Below are positions 1 through 10,983 of a DNA stretch of 64,000 nt, in pieces (within the stretch, counting starts at the first letter, position 1; the number at the start of each line of letters is the position of its first letter). The stretch lies in contig JBAYUZ010000001.1 of the NCBI GenBank assembly GCA_041674885.1, positions 37,804 to 101,803 of the forward strand, in the 5' to 3' direction. The DNA is from Dehalococcoidia bacterium. GTDB lineage: Bacteria; Chloroflexota; Dehalococcoidia; UBA2979. The translations under genes and the position numbers were made by a program. The notes beneath the pieces are model-generated. The model ran no database searches and was not told where the DNA came from. It saw only the letters and a list, made by a program, of their open reading frames with translations.

Positions 1-977
1 GCCACCTCCGCAAGCTGCGCCGCGGTGATGCGCCCCACGGGAACGTGCAGGCCGACGTAGGAGACACCCGGCTCACGTTGCGGGTGCACGCCCAGGTGGT
101 CGCCCGCTTCGCGCACCCGTGCGTCGATGCCGGCCGGCGAGAGTGCGCTCCCCAGCTCCTGCTCCAGCGCGACGCGCATGCGGGTCGCGCCCCATTCCTC
201 AAGCAGCCACTTGAAGCGCGCCTGGGTGCGCTTCTCTCGAGGGCCGTGGTCGCGGAAGATCCGGAGCAGCGCCATGACCGTCGGCACGACCTCGCCGGGA
301 GCCACGAAGACATCCAGCGGCGTCGCCAGGCGAGGCGTGGTGCCACCCAGCGCGCCGCCAACCAGCAGGTTGAAGCCCGTCTCGCCGTCTCGGGTTGCCG
401 GCACGAATCCCAGGTCCTGCGTCTGTGCGTGCGCGCAGTCCTCGCGACACCCGGCCAGTGCAATGTTGAACTTGCGCGGCAGGTTGCTGTACGCGCGGTC
501 ACCGAGGTACGCCTCGCCCAGCGCGGCGATCAACGCCGTCGTGTCGATCAGCTCCTCGCCGTCAACACCGGCGAGCGGGCACCCCATGTAGTTGCGGACG
601 TTGTCGAGTCCGGTCTGCTGCGTGGAAACGCCAACCAGGCTGAGGCGGTCGATGATCGCGGGAACGTCGTGCAGCGCCATGCCACGAAGCTGGATGTTCT
701 GCCGGCTCGTGAGGTCGGCTTCGCCGTGCCCAAACTCTGTCGCGACGCCCGCGATCGCGCGCACCTGGCGCGCGGTCAGGCGACCGCCCGGCACGCGCAG
801 CCGCATCATGAACGTGCCGGGGCGCTGCGGCCGATGGAACACGCCGTACCACTTGAACCGCTGGAGGTCGTCCTCCGGGATCTCTGCGACCGGCACGCAC
901 TCGGACGCGTAGCGCAGCAGGTCGGGCCAGACCTCGAGTCCGCCCTTGGCGGCCTTCAGAGCCTCGAACTTGTTCAT
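1..977 (-). CDS. Ferredoxin-dependent sulfite/nitrite reductase hemoprotein subunit (NirA/SirA family). 3' end truncated by the window edge
   Basis: Not in the ORF track because it runs off the edge. Hand-translating the minus strand from the ATG at 975-977 gives MNKFEALKAAKGGLEVWPDLLRYASE...FKWYGVFHRPQRPGTFMMRLRVPGGRLTARQVRAIAGVATEFGHGEADLTSRQNIQLRG, which resembles NirA/SirA N-terminal halves. RBS GGGAG lies 7 nt upstream. Confidence 0.8.
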   Translation of the reverse strand, partial: MNKFEALKAAKGGLEVWPDLLRYASECVPVAEIPEDDLQRFKWYGVFHRPQRPGTFMMRLRVPGGRLTARQVRAIAGVATEFGHGEADLTSRQNIQLRGMALHDVPAIIDRLSLVGVSTQQTGLDNVRNYMGCPLAGVDGEELIDTTALIAALGEAYLGDRAYSNLPRKFNIALAGCREDCAHAQTQDLGFVPATRDGETGFNLLVGGALGGTTPRLATPLDVFVAPGEVVPTVMALLRIFRDHGPREKRTQARFKWLLEEWGATRMRVALEQELGSALSPAGIDARVREAGDHLGVHPQREPGVSYVGLHVPVGRITAAQLAEV

Positions 978-1336
978 GGCGCTGCTCCCGTCTCGTGCAA
1001 CCATCGTCACGGACGACGGCTGCCGAGGGGTTTCGCGCAACGGAAGTTGCAGTTAAGTCACCATGACGCGGGTGTTTCCAACTCGTTACTGGCGGCAGGC
1101 GCCACGCATGACGGCGGCGTTCTTCGTGCCCCCGCCTCGCTCGACCCGCGAGCACTACCCGATGCCCACCAGGAGCACGAGGCCAACTTGTGTCGGAGCC
1201 CGGTCTTACGAATGTATTCGCGCGCCTGGAGGAAGGGTTTCCCTATGAGTCGCGTCGACGCGAAGACGTTTGAGCAGCCCGACGAGATCCGTCACGCAAC
1301 GGACCGGCTCGCTCGCAGCTTCGGGGCGAGGCGTCG

Positions 1337-2083
1337 TCAGATCGCCAGCGCTTCGTGGAGGCGTGCCTCCGGCAGTTCGCTCGGCTTCCCGGAGAGCGTG
1401 ATCGTGCCGTGCTCGATCACGTAGCACCGATCCGCGTTCGCCATGGCAAAGCCCAGGAACTGCTCCACCAGGAGCACGGTCATCGACCTCTTCAGCGAGC
1501 CGATCACCGCCTCGATCTCATCGACGATGTTGGGCTGAATACCCTCCGTCGGCTCATCGAGGAGCAGCAGCCGAGGCCGCCCCATGAGCGCCCGCCCGAT
1601 CGCGAGCTGCTGCTGCTGACCGCCGGAGAGGACGCCGGCCTGGCGGCCCGCCATCTCCTTCAGCACCGGGAACATCCCGTACACCTCGTCCAGCTGCCCG
1701 GTCTCCGCGCCGCCGATCGCTTCCAGGCCGATCTGCAGGTTCTCGTACACCGACAGGCGCGGGAAGATGCCGCGTCCCTGCGGCACGTACCCCACGCCCG
1801 CGCGTGCGCGACGAAACGGCGGGCTCGCCGTCACGTCGGCATCGTCGAGGACGATCTGGCCACCGTGCGCCGGCAGCACGCCCATCAGCGCCTTGAGCAG
1901 CGTGGTCTTGCCCGCGCCGTTGCGCCCCATGATGCAGACCACCTGCCCAGGCTCCGCGACAATCGAGACGTCCCGCACCACCACGCTGTGGCCGTATGCG
2001 ATCGACAGGGATCGAGCCTCCAGGCGCGCACCCAGATCGCCACGACCGACCGTGTGCACCGGGACCGCGGTCGACATCGTCAT
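1337..2083 (-). CDS. urtE: Urea ABC transporter ATP-binding protein UrtE
   Basis: LivF-like ABC ATPase (GRNGAGKTT Walker A, LSGGQQQ signature). It is the last gene of a 5-gene urt cluster next to urease. I chose the start at MTMSTAV because that ATG overlaps the urtD stop as ATGA; the track ORF extends spuriously upstream. Confidence 0.85.
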   Translation of the reverse strand: MTMSTAVPVHTVGRGDLGARLEARSLSIAYGHSVVVRDVSIVAEPGQVVCIMGRNGAGKTTLLKALMGVLPAHGGQIVLDDADVTASPPFRRARAGVGYVPQGRGIFPRLSVYENLQIGLEAIGGAETGQLDEVYGMFPVLKEMAGRQAGVLSGGQQQQLAIGRALMGRPRLLLLDEPTEGIQPNIVDEIEAVIGSLKRSMTVLLVEQFLGFAMANADRCYVIEHGTITLSGKPSELPEARLHEALAI

Positions 2084-2847
2084 GCAGTCACTCCTGCCGT
2101 CTCGTGCGCGCGGCCCAGGTAGACCGCCTGCACCCGTGGGTCGCGCTGAATCTCGTCGACGCGCCCCTCGCACAGCACTGACCCCATGTGGAGCACCGTG
2201 ATCACGCGCGAGAACTGCCGCACGAAGTCCATGTCATGCTCCGTCACGATCAGCGAGTGGGCGCCCTCCAGCGACTCGAACAGCTCACCGGTGCGCTCAC
2301 GCTCCTCGCGCGTCATCCCGGCGACGGGCTCATCCAGCAGCAGCAGCTTGGGGCCCTGCACCAGCAGCATCGCGATCTCGAGCCACTGACGTTCGCCGTG
2401 CGAGAGCGCCGAGGCGACCACGCGCGCGCGGTCGACCAGTCCGACGCGCTCCAGCGCCCACATCACGCGATCCACCTCGACCGAGCGGGCGAGGATGAGC
2501 CGTGCGATGCCGCGGCGATAGCCTGCGGCAACCTCGACATTTTCGAAGCAGGTCAGGCTCGCAAACACCGAGGGCGTCTGAAACTTGCGTCCGATGCCCA
2601 TGCGCACACGCGCATCCTCCGGCGCACGATTGAGCGCATGCGAACCATCGAAGGTGATCGAGCCGGAGTCCGGCTTCACCTTCCCCGACAGCGCATCCAT
2701 CAGCGTGGTCTTCCCCGCGCCGTTCGGGCCGATCAGGAAGCGCAGCTCACCCGGCATGACGTACATGCTGAGATTGTTCAGCACCGTGAACCCATCGAAG
2801 GAGACGACGAGATCCTGGACGTCCAAGATCGCGCTATGGCTCTGCAT
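2080..2847 (-). CDS. urtD: Urea ABC transporter ATP-binding protein UrtD
   Basis: LivG-like ABC ATPase (GPNGAGKTT, LSHGERQ). AGGAG sits 5 nt upstream of the ATG. Position in the urt operon supports the call. Confidence 0.85.
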   Translation of the reverse strand: MQSHSAILDVQDLVVSFDGFTVLNNLSMYVMPGELRFLIGPNGAGKTTLMDALSGKVKPDSGSITFDGSHALNRAPEDARVRMGIGRKFQTPSVFASLTCFENVEVAAGYRRGIARLILARSVEVDRVMWALERVGLVDRARVVASALSHGERQWLEIAMLLVQGPKLLLLDEPVAGMTREERERTGELFESLEGAHSLIVTEHDMDFVRQFSRVITVLHMGSVLCEGRVDEIQRDPRVQAVYLGRAHETAGVTA

Positions 2848-3966
2848 GCTTCACTCCTTCGACGCGCGGCACCGGACCAGTGAGGCTCACGCCTCGGAAT
2901 CGCTCACGCAGCTGCACGGCCACACCGACCAGACCGGCGGGGAACAGCAGCACCGCCCCCACGAACAGCACGCCGTAGAAGTACTGCCAGGTCGCCGGGA
3001 AGTTCTCACTGAGCCCGCTGCGAGCGCCGCCGACCAGCAGCGCGCCGATCACAGGGCCGATCACCGTCGCCCGTCCGCCGACCGCCACGAGCAGCACAAA
3101 CTCAATCGAGGGAACGATCGCGACATCGGCGGGCGAGATGATGCCCACCTGCGTCGCGAACAGCGCCCCCGCGACGCCGGCGGTCATCGCGGACAGCGAG
3201 AACACCAGCGCCTTCACGAAGCCCACGTTGTAGCCCGCGAAGCGCACGCGCTCCTCGTCGTCGCGGATTGCGATCATCAGCCGCCCGAACGGCGAGGTGA
3301 CGACCCAGCGCGCTCCCAGGTAGGTCAGCGCCAGCACCGCGACCGTCACGTAGTACAGGAGGTGCTGCGTCGCCGGGCTCGTCAGGTTCAGGCCGTACAG
3401 CGTCGTGAAGCTGGTCAGCCCGTTCATGCCCCCGGTGTACTCCTGCTTCCCGATCAGCAGGATGCTGAGCGACAGCGCCAGCGCCTGCGTGATGATCGAG
3501 AAGTACGCGCCCTTCACCCGACTGCGGAACACGAGCAGCCCGACCAGGAACGCAACCAGCCCCGGCAGCGCCACCACCGCGATCAGCGCGAACCACGAGT
3601 GCGCGAACGGCGCCCAGAACCACGGCAGCACCTTCAGGCCCGTCCACGTCATGAAGTCCGGCAACGGATCGCCGAGATCAGCCGCGGCGACGATCTTCAT
3701 GTGCATCGCCAGCGCGTACCCGCCCAGTCCGAACCACACGCCGTGGCCCAGGCTCAGCATCCCCGTGTAGCCCCAGATGAGATCGACGCCGATCGCGAGG
3801 ATCGCGTAGCACATCAGCTTGCCCAGTAGGTTCAGCCGGAAGTCCGACAGCACCATCGGTGCCACGAACCCCAGCAGCACGACCAGCACCAGCGCGGGCA
3901 TCAGCGCGCGCATCGCCGCGCCCCACATGCCCGCTGCGGGCGTCGGCATGGCTTCGGAGGCCATCA
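2834..3966 (-). CDS. urtC: Urea ABC transporter permease UrtC
   Basis: LivM-like polytopic permease. Start taken at MASEAMPTPAAG, which has GAGGAG 7 nt upstream. The longer track ORF has an Arg-rich non-protein-like N-terminal extension. Confidence 0.8.
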
Positions 3967-3975
3967 CTGTGCTCC

Positions 3976-4872
3976 TCATCGACCGCGCCGGGAGACGATG
4001 CCCGCAGGGCGGAACTGCAGGAACACAATCACCGCGACGAACACCAGCACCTTCGCCAGTGACGCCGTCGAGACGTACTCCAACACGACGTTGCTCCAAC
4101 CGATGGACAGCGCGGCAACGACCGTCCCGACCAGCTGACCGATGCCGCCGAGGATGACGACCAGGAACGCATCGACGATCCACTTCGTGCCGAGCGTTGG
4201 ACCGACGGATCCGAGCAGCGCCAACGCGCACCCCGCGACACCCGCCAGCCCCGACGCGAGCCCGAACGTGAGCATGTCGACACGAGGCGTATCGACGCCC
4301 AGCGCGTTCGCGACGTCACGGTTCTGCATGACCGCGCGCATCCGTCGGCCCGCACTCGTCCGCCCGATGTATGCGTATACAGCCGCGACGCACACGGTCA
4401 CGAGCGCCAGGATGAACAGCCGCGACAGCGGCATCGCGAATGTGCCCGTGACCTCCACGCCACCTCGCAGCCACGAGGGCACGGTGACCTGCACGTTCTG
4501 CGCGCCGAACAGGCTCCGCGCACCCTGCTGCAGCAGCAGGCTCACGCCCCACGTCGCCAGCAACGTATCGAGGGGGCGCCCGTACAGCCTTCGGATGAGC
4601 GTGCGCTCCAGCAGCATCCCCATCGCACCCGCGATCACGAACGCGATCGGGATCGCCACGAGGAAGTACGCATCGACGCCGATCGGTCCGAGCACCGCCG
4701 TGAAGAGCTGCTCCAGGAGGAACGCCGTGTACGCGCCGACCATGATGAACTCGCCGTGCGCCATGTTGATCACGTTCATCAGGCCGAATGAGAACGCCAG
4801 TCCCACCGCAACCAGCAGCAGGATCGAACCGTACGACAGCCCGTTGAACAGCTGCGCAAGGACGACATCCAT
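3976..4872 (-). CDS. urtB: Urea ABC transporter permease UrtB
   Basis: LivH-like permease. Start at MDVVLAQLFNGLSYG with GGAGG 8 nt upstream. Confidence 0.8.
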   Translation of the reverse strand: MDVVLAQLFNGLSYGSILLLVAVGLAFSFGLMNVINMAHGEFIMVGAYTAFLLEQLFTAVLGPIGVDAYFLVAIPIAFVIAGAMGMLLERTLIRRLYGRPLDTLLATWGVSLLLQQGARSLFGAQNVQVTVPSWLRGGVEVTGTFAMPLSRLFILALVTVCVAAVYAYIGRTSAGRRMRAVMQNRDVANALGVDTPRVDMLTFGLASGLAGVAGCALALLGSVGPTLGTKWIVDAFLVVILGGIGQLVGTVVAALSIGWSNVVLEYVSTASLAKVLVFVAVIVFLQFRPAGIVSRRGR

Positions 4873-4941
4873 CGCGATGACCTCCGGCGAGGAGGCGGCG
4901 GCCCCGTGGACCGCCGCCTCCATGCACACCGTCGAGTTCGC

Positions 4942-6241
4942 TTACGCGCTCGGCTTCTGCTTCTGGAATTCCCCCGCCCACGCGTAGGTCTCCAGGAAGG
5001 GGTCCGGCTCCACCGGCTTCGGCGTCGCGTAGATGTCATCGATCAGGCCGTCCGCGCGGATCTTGCCCATGCGGAAGGTCTTCGCGATGTGGTTGTTCTT
5101 CGCGTTCACCACCACCGTGCCCTCGGGCGCGTCGAACGACAGGCCACCGAGCGCGCTGCGCACCGCAGCGACGTCCGTGCTCTTCGCCTTGTTCGCCGCC
5201 ATCGCCCACAGGTAGACGCCCACGTAGCCGGCCTCGATTGGGTCGTCCGTCACGCGGCTCGCGCCGTACTTCGCCTTGTAGGCGGCGACGAACTTCTCGT
5301 TCGCGGCGTTCTTCGTCGTCTGGTAGTAGTTCCAGGCGACCAGGTGGTCCTTCAGGATGTCGCCGCCGATGGCCCGCGCCTCCTCCTCGGCGATCGAGAC
5401 AGAGCACGTGGTGAGCTTGTCGGCGGTCAGCCCGGCGTCACGCAGCTGCTTGAAGAACGCGACGTTGCTGTCGCCGTTCAGCGTGTTGTAGACGACATCC
5501 GCGCCCGACGACTTGATCTTCGCGATCGTGGTGGAGAAGTCGTTCGATCCGCCGCTCAGCGGCACGTACTCCTCGGCCAGCGTCTTGCCGCCTGAAGCCG
5601 CAAGCTGCGCCTTGATGATGCCGTTCGCCGTGCGCGGGAACACGTAGTCGGATCCGAGCAGGAAGAAGTTCTTCTTGCCCTGCGCCAGCAGGTACTCGAC
5701 GCTCGGCACGATCTGCTGGTTCGTCGTCGCCCCGATGTAGTAGATGTTCGAGTCCATCTCGAGGCCCTCGTACTGCACCGGGTAGAACAGCAGCGCACTG
5801 CTGCCCTTGAACACCGGCCGCACAGCCTTGCGGCTCGACGAGGTCCAGCAGCCGAAGACGACCGGCACCTTGTCGCTCTGGACCAGCTTCTTCGCCTTCT
5901 CCGCGAAGGTCGCCGGGTCGGACGCACCATCTTCGACGACAGGTGAGAGCTGCTTCCCCATCACGCCACCTGCGGCGTTGATCTCAGCGATCGCCAGCTG
6001 CTCCGCGTCCACGACCGCCTTCTCGCTGATCGACATCACGCCGCTGAGCGAGTGCATGATCCCGACCTTGATCGTGCCGCCCGAGGTCGCAGCGCCGGCT
6101 TCGGCCGTCGATGCCGCAGGCGTGCTCGCTGCCGACCCGCCGCTCGATCCGCCGCATGCGTTGAGCAGCGCACCGAGCACGGGGAACGTGGCCGCTCCCA
6201 CGCCCAGGCGGAACAGCCGTCGGCGGGACACGAGCCCACTC
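4942..6241 (-). CDS. urtA: Urea ABC transporter substrate-binding lipoprotein UrtA
   Basis: Periplasmic binding-protein family. Mature part matches UrtA/Liv-type binding proteins. Predicted signal peptide with lipobox LNAC-GG. I put the start at the GTG at 6241 (VSRRRLFRLG...) but this choice is uncertain; the track ORF runs further upstream. Confidence 0.75.
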
Positions 6242-6394
6242 TGCTGCGGTGGTACGTTCGATTCCTGCAACTGAAGACCCCTTCTCGCGTGGCCGAGTGC
6301 AGTCGCGAGCGGGTCTCGCGACGTTGAGATGCACCCTAGGTAGCGCGAATGTCGGGCCTGTGACAGCGATGCGAAGTTTGTGTAACGCGCCCCG

Positions 6395-7159
6395 CTACAC
6401 GCCGGGCAGCGCTCGCACGCGCCGCTCGACGAAGGCGACGCTCGCGAGCGCATCGCCCAGCGTGGGGAACAGCGCGCGATAGCAGACGCCGCCCTCGCGC
6501 AGCAGCGAGGCGCCGCCGACGCCTCGCTCGCCTGCAACGCCGTCCCACCATTCGACCGATGCAGGGGCCCACGCGCCCAGCGCGATCACCGTGAGGCTTG
6601 CATCGAAGCCTCGGTAGCCCGCGGGGCCGTCGAGGAACGCACGCTCCGGCTCGATCGTCGCGTCCTCCAGGAACGCGAGGCGTCCCGCGACGCGCGCCGT
6701 CGTGCGCAGCCTCAGCCGGCGAAACGCACCGCGCTCGCCCATGCCGCTGCGGCCGGGCACCACGATCGACGCCGCAAGCGCGGTGGCGTCAGCATCGACA
6801 TCGATGCGCAACGCGGCGCTGTGATCCGCCGCCGTCTGCGGGATCAGCGCGCCCGGTAACAGGCAGACGGAGGCGCCTCGCCCTACCCGCACCGAGGTCG
6901 CGGTGCCGCTCGGTCGCGGGCCGCGCAACGGCACTGCGGTGATGCCGCGCACGACGACCCTCGCCCCCTCGGTCGCGGCGATCGAGGTGCGGTGCAGCTC
7001 GCCGGCGAACACGCCGTCGCCGATCGTCTGGTGCACCGCCTCGATCCAGCCGTCCGCCGCCGGACGCACCGCCGCCCACCGCTGCGGGGCGTTCGCGCTC
7101 GCGACGCGGAGTCGCCCCTCCGCGCCGGTGATCTCCAGCCGGGCGCGCGACCCGCTCAC
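6395..7159 (-). CDS. ureD: Urease accessory protein UreD
   Basis: UreD/UreH-like sequence immediately downstream of ureG. The GTG start at 7159 overlaps the ureG TGA as GTGA. Confidence 0.7.
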   Translation of the reverse strand: MSGSRARLEITGAEGRLRVASANAPQRWAAVRPAADGWIEAVHQTIGDGVFAGELHRTSIAATEGARVVVRGITAVPLRGPRPSGTATSVRVGRGASVCLLPGALIPQTAADHSAALRIDVDADATALAASIVVPGRSGMGERGAFRRLRLRTTARVAGRLAFLEDATIEPERAFLDGPAGYRGFDASLTVIALGAWAPASVEWWDGVAGERGVGGASLLREGGVCYRALFPTLGDALASVAFVERRVRALPGV

Positions 7160-7782
7160 AGCGCCGCGCGCGCCGCCGCCACCTCGTCGCGTACCCATGC
7201 CGCCAATGCACGACGATCGTCCGCGTCCTGGATGTTGGTCACCAGGAACGGCGCGTCCCCACGGTTCGCCGCAGCGTCGCGGCGCATCACATCGAGGTCC
7301 GCACCGACGTATGGCGCGAGATCGCGCTTGTTGATCACGAGCAGATCGGACTCGCACACGCCAGGGCCGCCCTTGCGCGGGATCTTGTCCCCGCCCGACA
7401 CGTCGATGACGTAGACGATGCGATCGACCAGCTCACGGCTGAACGTCGCGGACAGGTTGTCGCCGCCACTCTCGATGAGCACCAGCTCCAGCCCCGGGTA
7501 GCGCTCGCCGAGCTGATCCATCGCGCGCAGGTTGAGCGAGGTGTCCTCGCGGATCGCAGAGTGTGGGCACCCGCCCGTCGCGACGCCGATGATGCGCTCG
7601 TCCTCCAACGCCGACTGGCGGCGCAGGAACAGCGCGTCCTCCTCGGTGTAGATGTCGTTCGTGACGACCGCGAGGTTCATCGAGTCGCGCAGCTCCTGGC
7701 ACAGCGCCAGCACGCACGCCGTCTTCCCCGATCCCACCGGCCCCGCGATGCCGATGCGAAACACACCGTTGCCATCGATCAC
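7156..7782 (-). CDS. ureG: Urease accessory GTPase UreG
   Basis: Strong UreG/HypB-family match (GPVGSGKT P-loop, ESGGDNL motif). GTG start at 7782 with AAGGAGG 8 nt upstream. Confidence 0.9.
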   Translation of the reverse strand: MIDGNGVFRIGIAGPVGSGKTACVLALCQELRDSMNLAVVTNDIYTEEDALFLRRQSALEDERIIGVATGGCPHSAIREDTSLNLRAMDQLGERYPGLELVLIESGGDNLSATFSRELVDRIVYVIDVSGGDKIPRKGGPGVCESDLLVINKRDLAPYVGADLDVMRRDAAANRGDAPFLVTNIQDADDRRALAAWVRDEVAAARAAL

Positions 7783-7798
7783 GCTCGGCCTCCTTCGG

Positions 7799-8485
7799 CT
7801 ACGAAGCGAACATCCGAAACGGCAGCCGTGCGTGCAGCAGCCCGGCCGCATCGAGGTTCGGCGCGAACACCCCAAACCTCACCCGTCCCTCGATCGCGCG
7901 ACACACCGCGATATCGAGGTCATCCGACGCTCCTGCGAGCAGGCGCGCCGCCGCTGCCTGCCCAATCACGCCCAGTCGGAGTGCTGCCTGCGTCACGGCC
8001 TGCGTCATCCCGAATCCCAGCGCCGTCAGCATCGTCGTGGCATCGACGCCTTCGTCTGCCGCGACCGCGCCGAACGCGACGGCATGTTGCCCGGGCGTCC
8101 GGCGCGCGCGCACTGCGGAGAGCAGCGCCTCGACGCGCCACCCTCCCGCAAACGCACCCGAGGCGCCCACGAGGAGCCGCTCGCCCATCGCGCGCCCCGC
8201 CTCACGCTCGATCTGCGTCGACACGGACGCGTCGAGCCGCTCGTCCCAGCGCAGTAGCCCCTCCGCGCTCGTCGCGCGTGCCGCCGCCAGCGCGGCGGGC
8301 AGCGCCTGTCGCCCCACCACCTGGTCCACGTACGTGCGCAGGAACTCCGCCACGCCCGCCTCGTCAGTGACCGCGCGCGTCTGCTTCAGCCACTCCAGCC
8401 CGTGGCTGAACGCAAACCCGCCGACGGGGAACGAGGAGTCGGCGATCTGCAGCAGGTGCAGCAACGACTGCGTGGTGGTCACCAT
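7799..8485 (-). CDS. ureF: Urease accessory protein UreF
   Basis: UreF-like N-terminus ([24 protein letters not shown]). The ATG at 8485 overlaps the ureC stop as ATGA. Confidence 0.8.
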   Translation of the reverse strand: MVTTTQSLLHLLQIADSSFPVGGFAFSHGLEWLKQTRAVTDEAGVAEFLRTYVDQVVGRQALPAALAAARATSAEGLLRWDERLDASVSTQIEREAGRAMGERLLVGASGAFAGGWRVEALLSAVRARRTPGQHAVAFGAVAADEGVDATTMLTALGFGMTQAVTQAALRLGVIGQAAAARLLAGASDDLDIAVCRAIEGRVRFGVFAPNLDAAGLLHARLPFRMFAS

Positions 8486-10182
8486 CAGAACAGGAAGTAC
8501 CGCTGCGCCATCGGCAGCGACGCCGCCGGCTCGCAGGTCGCGACCTCGCCATCGACGCGCACCTCGAACGTCTCCGGATCGACCTCGATCGCCGGCATCG
8601 CGTCGTTCAGCACCATCGAGGCCTTGCCGATCTCGCGCGTGTTCCGCACCGCCTCCGCCGGTGTGCGGATGCCGAGGCGCTCGAACACCCCCGCCGACAC
8701 CGCCGCCTTCGAGGTGAAGATGCGCCGCGTCGACGGCGCTGCCGCACCGAACATCGGCCGGTAGCGCACCGGCTGAGGCGTCGGGATGCTCGCCCCCGGA
8801 TCGCCCATCGCCGCGTGCGCGATCATGCCGCCCTTGATCACCAGCTCCGGCTTGATGCCGAAGAACGCCGGCGACCACAGCACCAAGTCTGCGAGCTTCC
8901 CCGCCTCGATGCTCCCAACGAGGTGCGAGATGCCGTGCGCGATCGCGGGGTTGATCGTGTACTTCGCGATGTAGCGCTTGATGCGCGCATTGTCAGCGGC
9001 GCCGTCGCCGGGCAGCGTGCCACGCTGCACCTTCATCTTGTGCGCCGTCTGCCACGTGCGCAGCACCACCTCACCCGCGCGCCCCATCGCCTGGCTGTCG
9101 CTCGACATCATCGAGATCGCGCCCAGGTCGTGGAGGATGTCCTCCGCCGCGATCGTCGAGGGCCGGATGCGCGACTCGGCGAACGCGATGTCCTCCGGCA
9201 CGTTCGGGTTGAGGTGATGACACACCATGAGCATGTCCAGGTGCTCCTGGATCGTGTTCACCGTGTACGGCCGCGTCGGGTTCGTCGAGGACGGCAGCAC
9301 GTTCGGCAGCGACGCGACGCGGATGATGTCCGGTGCGTGCCCCCCGCCTGCGCCCTCCGTGTGGAACGTGTGGATCGTGCGCCCCGCGAACGCGGCGATC
9401 GTGTCCTCCACGAACCCCGCCTCGTTCAACGTGTCGGTGTGGATCGCGACCTGCACATCGAACGCGTCCGCGACCCGCAGGCACACGTCGATCGCCGAGG
9501 GCGTGGATCCCCAGTCCTCGTGCAGCTTCAGCCCGCACGCTCCGGCCTCGATCTGCGACCACAGCGCGGCGGGATCGCTGCTGTTCCCCTTGCCCAGGAA
9601 GCCGAGGTTCACCGGGTAGGCGTCGGCCGCCTCCAGCATCCGGTGCATGTTCCACTCGCCCGGCGTGCAGGTTGTCGCATTCGTCCCCGTCGCGGGCCCG
9701 GTGCCGCCGCCGATGAGCGTGGTGACGCCATTCGTGAGCGACTCGACCGCGATCTGCGGCGCGATGAAGTGGATGTGGGAGTCGATGCCGCCCGCGGTGA
9801 GGATCAGGTGCTCGCCCGCGATCACCTCGGTCCCCGCACCGATCACGAGACCCGGCGTGATGCCGTCCATCGTGTCCGGGTTGCCCGCCGCGCCGACGCC
9901 GACGATGAGGCCGTCACGAATCCCGACGTCAGCCTTCACGATGCCCCAGTAGTCGATGATCAGCGCGTTCGTGATCACGAGGTCGAGCGCCTCGCCCGGT
10001 GACGCCGTCTGCGCCATGCCGTCGCGGATCGACTTCCCTCCGCCGAATGACGCCTCGTCGCCCCGCACGTGCAGGTCGCGCTCCACGAGCGCGAACAGCT
10101 CGGTGTCTGCGAGGCGGATGCGGTCGCCCGTCGTTGGGCCGTACAGGTGCGCGTAGCGTTCGCGCGAGATCGGTGTGCTCAC
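8485..10182 (-). CDS. ureC: Urease alpha subunit UreC
   Basis: Full-length urease alpha with the nickel-ligand region and the flap motif. Confidence 0.95.
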   Translation of the reverse strand: MSTPISRERYAHLYGPTTGDRIRLADTELFALVERDLHVRGDEASFGGGKSIRDGMAQTASPGEALDLVITNALIIDYWGIVKADVGIRDGLIVGVGAAGNPDTMDGITPGLVIGAGTEVIAGEHLILTAGGIDSHIHFIAPQIAVESLTNGVTTLIGGGTGPATGTNATTCTPGEWNMHRMLEAADAYPVNLGFLGKGNSSDPAALWSQIEAGACGLKLHEDWGSTPSAIDVCLRVADAFDVQVAIHTDTLNEAGFVEDTIAAFAGRTIHTFHTEGAGGGHAPDIIRVASLPNVLPSSTNPTRPYTVNTIQEHLDMLMVCHHLNPNVPEDIAFAESRIRPSTIAAEDILHDLGAISMMSSDSQAMGRAGEVVLRTWQTAHKMKVQRGTLPGDGAADNARIKRYIAKYTINPAIAHGISHLVGSIEAGKLADLVLWSPAFFGIKPELVIKGGMIAHAAMGDPGASIPTPQPVRYRPMFGAAAPSTRRIFTSKAAVSAGVFERLGIRTPAEAVRNTREIGKASMVLNDAMPAIEVDPETFEVRVDGEVATCEPAASLPMAQRYFLF

Positions 10183-10547
10183 TCGGCGGCCTCCCCATCG
10201 ATCTCGAAGCCTCGCTCGCGCGCTCGCTCAAACGCCGTCGCGCGGTCGTCACCCGCCGTCAGGCCATTGAAGCCGATCGCCGTGCCCGTGCCGCCGAAGC
10301 GCACGAGGCCAACCTGGTGCGTCTGTCCCGCCTCGAACCGCACCGCCGTCCCCGAGGGGATATCGAGCCGCCGCCCGAACGCCGCCGCGCGATCAAAGCG
10401 CAGCGCCCGGTTCGCCTCGAAAAAGTGGAAGTGCGATCCGACCTGGATCGCGCGGTCACCCGTGTTCGTGACCTCCAGCAGGAGCGCCACGCGCCCCTCG
10501 TTCAGCGTCAGGTCGCCGTCGCCATACACGATCTCGCCGGGGATCAT
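10179..10547 (-). CDS. ureB: Urease beta subunit UreB
   Basis: [20 protein letters not shown]-terminus is classic UreB. 4-nt overlap with ureC. Confidence 0.9.
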   Translation of the reverse strand: MIPGEIVYGDGDLTLNEGRVALLLEVTNTGDRAIQVGSHFHFFEANRALRFDRAAAFGRRLDIPSGTAVRFEAGQTHQVGLVRFGGTGTAIGFNGLTAGDDRATAFERARERGFEIDGEAAE

Positions 10548-10846
10548 GGGATCGGGTGATGCAACGTGACGAGCTTGGTGCCGTCCGGGAACGTTGCCTC
10601 CACCTGCACGTCCTCGATCATCTCGGGGATGCCATCCATGACATCCTCGCGAGCGAGGAACGCACCCTGCATGCCCATGAGCTCAGCGACCGAGGCGCCC
10701 TCGCGCGCCCGCTCCATGAGCCCGCTCGCGATGATCGCGATGCTCTCCGGGTAGTTGAGGCGCACGCCTCGAGCGCGTCGATCCCGCGCGACCATCGCTG
10801 CGACCGAGATCAGCAGCTTGTCGACCTCTCGTTCCGTCAGCTTCAC
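10544..10846 (-). CDS. ureA: Urease gamma subunit UreA
   Basis: [12 protein letters not shown]... is classic UreA. Start is a GTG at 10846 with GGGGAGG 7 nt upstream. Confidence 0.9.
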   Translation of the reverse strand: MKLTEREVDKLLISVAAMVARDRRARGVRLNYPESIAIIASGLMERAREGASVAELMGMQGAFLAREDVMDGIPEMIEDVQVEATFPDGTKLVTLHHPIP

Positions 10847-10983
10847 GGCGCCGCCTCCCCTGCTCGGGGATCACCGTAGCAACGGCGCGTTTCGCCCATA
10901 TTTCGAGGGGCGAAGAACGACGACTTCCGTGAAGCGTGCTCGTACGATGGTCGTATCCCAGGTGACTCGACGGAGCCACGAGG

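Noticed and set aside
8485-8490. A missing ureE as an assembly gap
   Set aside because: ureC and ureF overlap by the 4-nt ATGA and the coding sequence is continuous on both sides. ureABCFGD without ureE is a known arrangement, for example in mycobacteria.
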